Position numbers and translations under genes: made by a program
In this document: piece after piece, positions 39,634 through 50,045 of the stretch
Position numbering within the stretch: position 1 is the stretch's first letter
How the letters are laid out: the number at the start of each line of letters is the position of its first letter
The notes under the pieces: model-generated
Seen by the model: the letters and a program-made list of their open reading frames with translations, nothing else
What the model was told of the DNA's origin: nothing
The model's database searches: none
DNA from: Botryllus schlosseri
Taxonomy: Eukaryota
Direction of reading: 5' to 3'
DNA: 64,000 bases
Assembly: GCA_051294905.1 (NCBI GenBank)
Contig: CM119378.1
Location: 19,406,001-19,470,000 of the forward strand

Positions 39634-39819
39634 TTATTCAGGAGGGGATGTGGAGTCATTTACGATTGACAAGGAGTAATAAATTACCGCGTTCTCATCA
39701 GTGGTGTTGCGCAGTCCGTAGTTGTTGTAGAATGGCACTTGGAAATGGGAACGCGGAGGCAGAATAACTTTTTCTCCCATCAGATTTAGCTCCACATCAC
39801 CCTTCAAGATAAGGCAGCT
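39634..39819 (-). CDS. CENPC: Terminal exon encoding a CENP-C/Mif2-type C-terminal cupin (dimerisation) domain
   Basis: Acceptor tttttttttacag; 62 open codons SCLILKGDVELNLMGEKVILPPRSHFQVPFYNNYGLRNTTDENAVIYYSLSIVNDSTSPPE*. Matches the pattern I recall for human CENP-C (GDLLCTL..IL..GDSFYVPSGNYYNIKN..EESVLLF) and yeast Mif2 (STFQIPAFNEYAIAN..DEAKMFF). Confidence 0.78.
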   Translation of the reverse strand, partial: SCLILKGDVELNLMGEKVILPPRSHFQVPFYNNYGLRNTTDENAVIYYSLSIVNDSTSPPE

Positions 39820-40381
39820 CTGTAAAAAAAAATGTTACGGTCACATTTATTCGGATCATATTAACCTGTTCCGGCACTGCCGGTTGCGGAAACAAATTAA
39901 AAGAATTAAGAAATGTTTCCGTCGTTTCAAGCCAGCCTGAGCGGCTCTGCAGTTCAGAAACATGTTGCAGCGCGGCATACTAAGTTGGAACTTTTTATCA
40001 ACCACTTACAATCAATGAAACACACAACCTTCACACCTGTTGTACAATTTGTACTGACACCTTCTTTCCCCCCCCCCATTAAATCAACAGATATTACCGT
40101 TTCATTTGAAAAAAACAACTTCCGCTTTGCAAAACACAAAACACAATAAAAAATGATAAGTATGATTGCAGGTTCAGTGTTGCATTGTCAAAAACACGTG
40201 GAAGATGACAGGTCTTGAATAAGTGTAGACTCATTCTGTCTAAAGAGATCTTCCTATGCAGCTTGATGCAAACTGTCTCCTGTCTGGTCTTTGTCAATCA
40301 AGATTGAGTTGGAGCCTTAGCTTAGCTTTACATCTCCTACTGCATCATTAGTGATACAAGAATTTATTCAACAACTTCAAC

Positions 40382-40872
40382 CAGGGTTGTAACCAAGTCA
40401 CAAAGCTCCGAGTCACAAGTCATTCTCACTTCAACGGTTTTGACTCGAGTCAAGTCGAGTCATTTTCAATTCACCACCAAGTCAAGTCCGAGTCCAAGTC
40501 ATCGAGCAGAAGTTCGAGTCCGAGTCATAGTATTATGACTCGAGTCTAAGTCCAAGTCATTGTGTTGACTGCTCAGTTACCAGTTAAAGTCTTGTTAAAG
40601 CCACTCTTATAACTCTGTTTGTTGATATCGAATGGTTCGCATTTATAATATACTAATTTTCCTCACTTGTATCAGTTTCTGGTCGCATTTTCAAGTACCA
40701 GTACCAATAGACGTAATCCCAATAGAGTGGTTACTTTACTGTTCTTCGAAATTACAATGAAATGTCGGTCTTGGCCGGCTGAATCTCGAGTCATGCGCAA
40801 TGACTCGAGTCCAAGTCGAGTCAATACGAGTCGAGTCATCAAAAAATCGTGACTCGAGTCATTACAACCCTG
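40382..40872. mobile_element. hAT-type MITE family 1, copy 2
   Basis: TIRs cagggttgtaa/ttacaaccctg; TSD acttcaac/acttcaag (7/8). Confidence 0.92.
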
Positions 40873-42679
40873 ACTTCAAGTATATCCCACAGCTGGGTGC
40901 TAATCCTTATATTTGTATTCACTTCGATAAATTCGTTTGTTTCAAAGAGTGAAACAAACACAGCATGCTACACATATGCAATCCATTTATATAAAACAGT
41001 CATTCATTCGGCCATGTAGTCAATCGGGATTCATGGTTCGTGAATGCCTGCCCCCTGTATCCATTCCCGGCCCAATCTCCGATCGCTAGTTTAGAACGCA
41101 TTGAGCGAAAGCTAAACGAATTTTCAATGAGCTTCCTGCAAGCTCATTGATGTTCTTTTATCAAGAACCTACTGCATGAGCTCTGACACCGTAGTTTATT
41201 CTAATTTCTTACATTTTGGACAACCTTAGTGTACGAAGACCAAATTTTCCAATAAATAAAACAACACACAACACAGAGTGTTGAGACTTCAATCGAGCCA
41301 GACTAGTGCGAACTACTGGATTTTTAAAATACTGAACTAGAACTGGAACTACTCACTTTTCAAAACTCACAACTGAAATTAAAACTAGAACTACTTGAAA
41401 ACTTCGCAACTATCTAATAACGGATATTACGAATTAGTGAATTGCAAATGAAAGGAGATATATCGAACAAGGTTTCGACCCCAAAACACGGCCATTGGAT
41501 ACCCCGCTGTTAGCAGTGATGACTCCGAGTTAGCCAAGGCTACAGGAACATCAAACACAACAGAACATCGGATTCACGATTCACCACAAATTATGGTGGT
41601 TGTCCGATTGATTTCTTTCCTAAATGCGCTGCTAGAACTACTCACATTAAAAATCCACAAATAATAGAACTGTTTTCTTATAAAAAATTTTGTTGTTCCA
41701 GTTTGGTAGTTTCTACAAATCCGACTGTAATGGGCATGCTGCCGTTAGCAGGTATGTGTTTGAGCTTTACAAGTAAAATGCGCTGCCACCTCATAATCAG
41801 TTGTACTCGGACTGGCCCAGCCCTAGTGGGCAACTATGACATGAACATGACGAGTGAGAGATATTAGTCTAGGGCAAGTTTTAGCAACTTTTTTTTACAG
41901 CTTCCGACAGCTTTCTAGATACTCAGAATCTATGTCTTATGATGTTTTAAGGTGTTTGGAGGGATTTTATAGCGCAACTTTTCTCTATTTTTCAAGCCAA
42001 TTATTACTGCGACTTTTATCAAATATTGCTTAAAAATGTAAAGGAGTGATTTTGAAAACATGCTATAAACTATTTCTAGTATGGTTCTATTCTCTTTGAT
42101 TTGCATAACAAAGAGCTATATGATGGGTTACGACCTTGCCCGAACAATATGTAAATATATCGCTTTATTGATTCTGTTGTTTAAATTTCAAATAATTTCC
42201 AATTTCACGAACGCCCACTCGAGACCGCCTAAAATTAAATTTTCGCTGGGGCACCCTTTTCGGGCTATTGATTTTGTTAAAGTCGCCAAGGGTGAGTTTT
42301 TCTGTAATGTCTTGGGTAAAGTTTGCAGACCTAGGGGGTTGGGACGTGTCTGATATTCGACTTGTTTTAGGGGGAGGAGATTATCGCTATGCTGTTTGGC
42401 TTTTGGGGTAAAATTATTCCTGCATTACGTAATTTTCTTGACGCATGCCGGGAAAAATGTAATTTTTGGCGGTTTCGTCTGACCGTTATAACTGGCGTAG
42501 TAACGAATTTGACAGCTCTGCAGGAGCTATGTTCTACAACGTCACCTTTCGAGTATCTCACACCCTGATAATTCAACAACAATTACGAATGCAACTTTTG
42601 TTGAAATTAAATGCAGCTTTCTCGCGATTATACTGCAACAAAAACTTGCCCTAGATAATCACTAAAACACTTACCAGAG

Positions 42680-43322
42680 TGCCGTTACCGCATGTGCGTA
42701 CCGGCTTTGTCGCATGGGGCTCCAGGGTGAAGAGACCCTGAACGGCTTTCGTCACCCCAGCTACGCATTCCGACCTGGTCATGAAAACACCTGGCACGAT
42801 CTCGTAACCCTCCGGTTTACTGGGCGAGCGTCCACAGTGACGATTATCTTGCGATACATCTGGAATTGCAGAGTAATACAGTTCAGAGGAGAGAGCCGAT
42901 GCAGACTCGGCAAGAAAGAGCTTTCTCTAGTGAAGCTATTCATCTCTCAATGGCTGTCGCGACACAAAAATACGAGAGAATCGCACCAGTCCGTGACAAT
43001 ATGATGTACATCACGTCAATGGAGTTGAAAATTCTCCACTTTTATGTTTTGACGGCGCTATCGCAATATTTGCTAATCGTTCGACTTCCGAACGAAACAT
43101 TATCGCGGATGAGACGTGTAATATATCTTGCGATAGAGTGAAGGCCGTTCGGGATTGCGGCAGTGCACTATATAGTATTTTATCGAGCCGGGTGGCTCGG
43201 CTCTGAAGACCATGTCATATCGAGCCTCCCGTCTACCTTGCATGTCGCATTTCACTGTTACATTTTTGTAGTGTTATGTTGATATGTAATGTATACGAAT
43301 AAAGATTCTCTCTCTCTCTCTC
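42680..43322 (+). mobile_element. 5'-truncated L1/Tx1-like 3' end with AATAAA and a (TC)8 tract
   Basis: CAYRLCRMGLQGEETLNGF (zf-RVT-like), IILRYIWNCRVIQFRG; aataaa at 43298-43303 followed by (tc)n at 43307-43322. Confidence 0.55.
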
Positions 43323-44171
43323 AGAAAAAGAATGTGTCAAGCTAAGTTGACAACTCAAAATTGGAATCGCGGAAGGAAGAAATACTTGATAATGAGATGA
43401 CAAGATGACACATGTTCATGTCCACATTACAAGATGAATAACAGAGACCATGGCCGCTAGCCCGCCAATGTCAGTCACTAGTATGCTCGACATCACGAAA
43501 GTACCGATGGGCCAGTATCTGTATTCTGTAGTCCTAGATATTATACATGTGATTGATGAACTTTGTCAAGTCGTTTCAACTATTCGACACCTTCTCGTTC
43601 ATATTATTTGTATTGTGTATTAGTATTGTGCATCTGAGTCTTGACTTCAAATAAGATACGGTACTTCGAATTTGAAAATATCTTAATGGCGGTATGGTAT
43701 TCCCAAACTGACCCAAATTTGGAGCATCAAGAAAATACTGTCAGTAAACATATAATTCGGCCTATGTAGTATCTACCTGTGTTTTTCAATGGTAATAATT
43801 AACATGAACTTATACTGCATTATCACGTAGGTACAAAACAGATGCTGTAGGGATCTGCGTCCCAATGTACACCAGCCCAGAACTACCATGATCGAGAGCG
43901 TCACATGATGGGGGAATTACCTGTTGTGGTTGTCTTGCAAAGCCAGTGTGCATAATGCTATATACTCTCAATCAAGATTCAGCGGTAGATAAAGTTAAGC
44001 TGTTGCTCACTTTAGATTTTGTGGAAATACTCAAGTAGGCATTTATAAGTACAGAACATCAATATCGCAACGGACAAAACATCGATATTCCCGAATTCCC
44101 GGCATGACGGTCAGCATCGCAGTTCAGAAACAACGACATTCTGGGGCAAAAAAATACGCAAACAATGGTAC

Positions 44172-44237
44172 CTTCGGATGCAGTGGGCTTTGCGGCCTTG
44201 CGGGCCTTCTTTTTTTCCACGGTTGCCGCATGGAGGG
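44172..44237 (-). CDS. CENPC: CENP-C-like cassette B, exon 5 (basic)
   Basis: ttttcccag acceptor, gtacc donor; 66 nt, phase 1 to 1: (A)LHAATVEKKKARKAAKPTASE. Confidence 0.68.
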
Positions 44238-44292
44238 CTGGGAAAATAAACGGGTAAACGCGACGACTTCAACAGGCACCGCACAGGCATAC

Positions 44293-44354
44293 CTTTATCT
44301 CTCACTTCCCGGATTCCGACAACTTGTTGAAAACGGTTTTCATCAAACTCTCCG
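44293..44354 (-). CDS. CENPC: CENP-C-like cassette B, exon 4
   Basis: gttgcag acceptor, gtatgc donor; 62 nt, phase 2 to 1: (S)GEFDENRFQQVVGIREVRDK; 55-nt intron to the next exon. Confidence 0.7.
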
Positions 44355-44711
44355 CTGCAACAACACAGGACACATAAGGAGGGCACGATCTGTGACGGTT
44401 GCACTGGGTTTGTTTAAAAATAACATATTTCCAAATTTTATATTAAATAAGTTTTTTTTCAAACTTTACTCCATGAAATTGTTTAGTTGTCAAAGCGAGT
44501 GATTCATAAAAAATTGGCTCAACTCCAACCCGAAAAGTGAAGTTATTGGGAGTACAAAATTTTGGATATAAAAAAAAATAGTATTCACGGTGGTATATCA
44601 TTTCATATATAATTATTGAACCAACCACCTTAAATATTTTTATTTAAAATTCTAATATAATTCGCTTCTACCAGTTGAAATTGAGCCAAATTGGGTGTGA
44701 AGAGTTATTAG

Positions 44712-47048
44712 TAGAGATGGGGTGAACGCGAGGTTCTTGTTTGGTCAACATTGCGTAAGAAGAAGGGATGGTGTGAGGTTCACGTTTGCGTTCTGTGTGT
44801 GAACCTCAGAAATTTAGAGGTTCACGTTCACAAACGAACCTTGGTAGGTTCTGCACTGTAAAACGTTTTTTTATATTACAATTTTCACATCAATACAACA
44901 CCTTTGGTTGAAATTTATTATATTTCGACTGCGGGCCATTCTATGCATGGCGATGGCAGCATTAAAAAATCAACACCAAACAAGCATGCACCTTGACAAT
45001 CTCAGAAATTTTACTCGCTTTGTTACAAAAGTTTGCTCGAAATATCCGTCTCTCCGTTTATGAATATTTAGTGACTCTCTGGTGTGAGCTTGACCCGCGA
45101 TCACACAACATCAACACAAAATACGCTACATGTGGGTCAGGGGCGTATCCAGAGCGCGAAAAAAAGGGGGGGTTTTGCGTTACGAATTTGGCTATTATGA
45201 CGTCATCAATGCGATCACTCGTCTTCACGCCATGGCGAATATCAACGATATACGATAATGTATAGTTTGATAATAAAAAGAGATTTGCGGTGAGTGGGAG
45301 ATGCACGAACACGATGCAGACATTGCCTGAAAATCGCGTTTTTTTATGGTATGATTAAAAGAAATTCGTAAATGCTCACATTTAGTCATGAGCCGGCAAA
45401 CGCCGCCCGTCTCCAAGCGCCTACTTCCGGCCAGAGATATGCGACTTTGTTAGGTTTTGACGACATTATGCGCACGCCTGGTAGTATCGCAGCGGACGAA
45501 CAAGCGCGGAATAGGGCGGTAGCATAAACGAGGGCGATCGCCAGAGGTGTGGTGTGAACAGTGTACGTCGTACACGAATGTGTGCTTTTCGATGGCTTTA
45601 CCAGCCGTACGGCTGAGCGTGTAGTACGCGCGAAGATAATTAGGCCTTAATTGCAAGCACGCAAGTCAGTCAATTATTACAGAGTACACACTGGGATAAT
45701 GACTTGATCTACAGAGAAATTTGTCAGCCGATATAATTAGGTTAACTTTACTACTAGGCCTACTCAATTCTCCCGTTCAGCGGCAACATAGGCCTGTATT
45801 TCAACTACAGCAAGCCACCTAACAATCGGGAACGTGGATTGCTAGGCTTGTATTTTGAATGTGACTGTCAATCGTAGGCCATTTCTCGCCGATAATTGCG
45901 AAGACAATGTGGATTTGAGAACAGCATTGTCGTACTGGTGCCGCCGTGTCTGCGTCTCGCTGATCAATCAACACACCGTGCAATTCTTGATTAGGATTTC
46001 AAGGCGAGCAGGTGCAGCGAATTCGCAGGCGCTGTTGATTGCCGACAACTTCGTCTTGGCAATTACGTATCGCGTCGACCAATTAGATTAGATTTTCCAA
46101 TAATGCGTCTCTCATTTTAGCAAGGCGAGAGAGAAATCGAGGGAAGAAAGTTGAGAACGTCTGCAACTGCCACAGCTGAAATGTAGCTGAACAAGGGCAG
46201 AATTCGTACGGAATTTGCGAGATATGATGACTTATTTTAACCTTTCGACTAATTCGGCGCATAATTCCAATATTTTGTAGGGGTTATAGACCCCCTAAAT
46301 AACATTAGGACACCATATTCGCCTTCTCATATGAAAAAACGGATATGTTAAACTAATAAATTAGCAAATATTAGTGGCTATATTTGACATCAATTTTTTG
46401 AATTTTGAAAAGGGGGGGGTTCCGACCCCCTAAAACCCCCCCTGGATACGCCACTGATGTGGGTGGTCAACGAATGATACTAATTCAACCACTCAATGAA
46501 ATTGATATTGTGGTCTGATGTAAAAAGTCTACCAGGCGTACTGGATCAATCTTGATTTCATATGTTTATTGTATCATAAAGAAAATTCTGTGCGATTGGG
46601 GTGTTGGCTACTGCTGTATAATTTGTTAATGGGGCAATATCGGTAGCAAGTATGGGAACCCGTTTTACACTCTGCTCAATATCAATGTCGAAATACTCAG
46701 ATGCGGAATACATTGCCAGTCTGGCGTAGTCCTCGTCAATATTGTTGGAAAAGCGACGGAAGATTGATTTTATGGGATTATCGTAAATCATTTGATTGCC
46801 CCAGTTCATACATTTAGCGACGTTTAAAACATTAGTATGTACTTCAGCATTGTGGCATTATGTGGCCCGAGTTTTCGCTCAGTATCGTTTACATAAATAT
46901 AGGTTAGCACTTCACTGAAATGTAGGGTTGGAATTAGCACTATGACGTCATCGACGTCATGAGGTTCACGTTCGAGTTCACACAGAACCTTGCAAAAAGG
47001 TTCGCGTTCACACGAACCTGAACCTTTCAGAGGTGCACACCATCTTTA
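44712..47048. mobile_element. Non-autonomous hAT element (gaggttcac/gtgaacc subterminal motifs)
   Basis: TIR tagagatggggtgaac / gtgcacaccatcttta; perfect 8-bp TSD gttattag. Confidence 0.88.
45138..46456. mobile_element. Non-autonomous hAT element, innermost of the nest
   Basis: TIR caggggcgtatccag / ctggatacgccactg (14/15); perfect 8-bp TSD atgtgggt. Confidence 0.92.
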
Positions 47049-47116
47049 GTTATTAGGCCAATAAAATTCGAAGAAAAATGTATTTTCAGACAACCCTAGT
47101 GTGTACGCCCACTTAC

Positions 47117-47207
47117 GAATAAATAAAGCTGTAACTGAAGCCAGGCTTTACTGGTAGCCGTATCCGGCTGCTCCTGCGGACTCCCGCTTGTTGGGTCACT
47201 GGAGGCA
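47117..47207 (-). CDS. CENPC: CENP-C-like cassette B, exon 3, carrying the CENP-C-motif-like peptide
   Basis: ttttttggcag acceptor, gtaagt donor; 91 nt, phase 1 to 2: (V)PPVTQQAGVRRSSRIRLPVKPGFSYSFIY; aligns to the recalled human motif VRRTKRTRLKPLEYWRGERIDY. Confidence 0.72.
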
Positions 47208-47798
47208 CTGCCAAAAAAAGGAGTTCGATTAGGAAGCGGCATCAAGTTGATCATTTCCCAACAACTCTGGTTTTTCAAGTTCTAATATCGATATGGTATC
47301 GACGATTTATAGCAGGGGCGTCCCACACTTATGTTACGGGGAATTTTTTGAAATGCCTTATTTCATCAACTCAATTCCACATTCCCAGAAAATTATTGCT
47401 TGTCTTGTCTCTCCGTTTCTCTACAGCAGTGGTATTGTATTTTGCATTTCAGGTGAATATCACCATATCACCATATCAAGAAGTACTGGTTAAAAACTAC
47501 TGATCCAAATCAAACACATTATACATTTTGCATTGAAAATAGTGATAGAAATGCACTGTCCAATCTACATAATACTGCAAATCCTTGCTAATGTCATATT
47601 GTGCATAATTCAACATTATTTGTCTGGGAGTATGAATTTGCTATGACGATGATGATTTGTTCAGAGATGACTTTATCTACAACGTGAAACACATAGCGAC
47701 TGGGTCGTATTGATTACGGCGTAGACGCAAAACATGAATATTCACGGATAACGTCAATCTTACACACCCACAATTGCACTCAAGACATGAATACTTAC

Positions 47799-47839
47799 CG
47801 GGAAATTCTTTAACCTCCAATTGAGGTTTCGGCGGATTC
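47799..47839 (-). CDS. CENPC: CENP-C-like cassette B, exon 2 (41 nt)
   Basis: tttttttctag acceptor, gtaagt donor; phase 2 to 1: (R)NPPKPQLEVKEFP. Confidence 0.68.
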
Positions 47840-48090
47840 CTAGAAAAAAATGCCGTCTTTGAACTTCCCATCACGTGAGATGAATATTAAAGGAACAAGT
47901 CGGATCATATTACCGAGTGACTGAGTCTGACATAACAATGTGCAAATGTGACGCGTGCAATGCAATGAAATTGACTACAACAGCTGGGCCAATTGTTTGG
48001 GACATAAGCTCGCCATTAAGTATGTAGGTAATTATGATGACAAACCTCATCACGATATGGGGAAGAAAATATTAGTCACAACAACAAGAA

Positions 48091-49263
48091 CATAGGCGCC
48101 GAACCTGGGCATGCAAGGCATGCCAGGCATGCCTAGACATTTTTTTAGGCATGCGGCATGCCTAGAATTCGGTTTGGCATGAATCGGCATAATCCCCGAT
48201 TGTGTTATTTAGAACGAATCGCAATGTATTTCCGTTTACGACATTACCTGCTACCGCTTATGTGAGCGAGGTAACCCGTTGCGCGCGGCCAATTAGCTAC
48301 AAGCGCGTTGCCAATTAACAAGATTTGTCTGTGCACAATGTAACGCGACGCGATCTCCCGCTGAGATGATCGCGAAATTGTGTCATTGATTGCCGTGCGT
48401 TCGGCAATCATCGCTTGGGACGCTTGCCTGCTTTATCGCGTCTCCTACAAGCCTAGTTTCACTCGCTTGAGCATGATGAACAATCACATCAGCAGTAGGC
48501 CCGGTGCCATCGCTTCCTGCACATTCGCATCTGCATTGGCGCACACGATATTATCGCTTGCCTACACAATCGCATCTGCAACAGGCCTGGTACGAAGGAT
48601 ATCATCGCTGGCCAACTATCGCGTCTAGAGGTGAGCAATGAGCATGCGTTGGCTCCCATCTCTCGAGCCTAGCATGCGTTAGCTCCAATCTTTCGATGGC
48701 TTGGTGACAATGCCGTTAGGTGTTTGTTGGTTAGCGATTGTAATTAAAGAGCGACATCGCTGACCTGAATGGCATCGAATGTCCGCAGACATGTGCGATT
48801 GTGAGTGCGCCGTGCATGCGTAAGTGAATCCTGCTAATACCTAAACATTACTATCGGAAGATGTGTGTCAACTGTCAAGGCTTGAGTTGTAAAAGACGGG
48901 AAAGGTTTGAACAACCTGAAATTGGTGCCATTATAAAACAGATTCCATAACAACTCTGACATTTTGCCTTGCGCAAATCGTCGCTGAGGTTACATAATAC
49001 GCGTTGATAAGCGGCGTATTTAATTGTTCGCTAGCGATCGGGACTCGCTAATTGACAGCACTTCCGGACTCGTCGACAAGCTTATCATACGCGCAAGTTT
49101 GTTAACACGCAGATATTGCATAATCGGCATTTATGCAGGCACTTAACCCTCATGAATTGATGCTATATTATCCCTAATTATCAATTCCGTCGGATCATGA
49201 CGTCTTCCTTTGTGACGTCATCGAACTCGCATGCCTAAGCAAAATTAGCGTTCGGCGCCTATG
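48091..49263. mobile_element. Non-autonomous hAT element (gcatgcc subterminal motifs)
   Basis: Perfect 14-bp TIR cataggcgccgaac; perfect 8-bp TSD aacaagaa; empty site at about 54600-54615 in the duplicate intron. Confidence 0.92.
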
Positions 49264-49430
49264 AACAAGAAGGTGCACAAACCCAAAGATTATGATACGA
49301 GTACTTTATTTGATATTTCGCACGATATGTCAAAGCCACTTTTGGAAATTATTTTCCTCCTATCTTCCAGTCTAGCCTAATTTCGACAAAGAATATCACC
49401 GTTACGGCTACTCGAGGACAACACCGTCAC

Positions 49431-49508
49431 CTGTTTGCCAATTTCTTCTTTTTCATTGACTTTTCCTGGCCTTTGCTAGCCGATCTTTTGCGGCTGGAAT
49501 TGTTGACC
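49431..49508 (-). CDS. CENPC: CENP-C-like cassette B, exon 1 (basic, NLS-like)
   Basis: catttcag acceptor, gtgac donor; 78 nt, phase 2 to 2: VNNSSRKRSASKGQEKSMKKKKLAN(R). Confidence 0.65.
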
Positions 49509-50045
49509 CTGAAATGTCGAACAGTCTGTCTTTCATTCGAAACCCATAGACTCAATAAAGGCGAACATGGACACAAGTAGTAAATTAATGGACAGGTCGA
49601 GAATAAAAAGGTGTTGCGAATTTTACAAATTCAAAAAGTCGGTTTAGTAGGACAAAGATGGGCAAACTATGGCCCGCACGACGCTAACTACTCCAGCTCT
49701 TTGAAAAAAAGTTCTCATGTCAATAAAAAGATTTCAATTTTCCGTCAAAAGTATACATTTTTTATGTCAAAAACCGATTGTCCCAATCATAACCTAACGG
49801 TAAGAATTGTGTTTGAATAGAGCAGAGAATTATCCGAAATAACATCAGCTTTTTATATACAATTTTTACTTTTATACGATAAACACGATTCTCTTTTCTA
49901 AAAATCAAGAACAGTCACACTCAGTTCTATAACAACATCACCTCTCTCGTCTGATCTGTCGAAGAAGTTCAGCGAGATGGCCACGATTTTTTGACGAACA
50001 CATTGGAATTTTGGGCAGACGGTGCACGCTTTCATGGGGCCAGAC

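Larger units (their letters stand above)
44405..47098. mobile_element. MITE family 4 (tagggttgttcaaaaat ends) expanded by two nested hAT elements
   Basis: Ends tgggtttgtttaaaaat and cagacaacccta; same intronic position as the copy at 52859-53380; degenerate TSD ggttgcac/gtgtgtac. Confidence 0.72.

Noticed and set aside
47117-47839. LEVKEFP..GVR..FIYSGE superficially resembles the start of a SET domain.
   Set aside because: Spacing is wrong and no downstream SET motifs were found; the CENP-C reading explains the motif, the linker and the cupin exon together.
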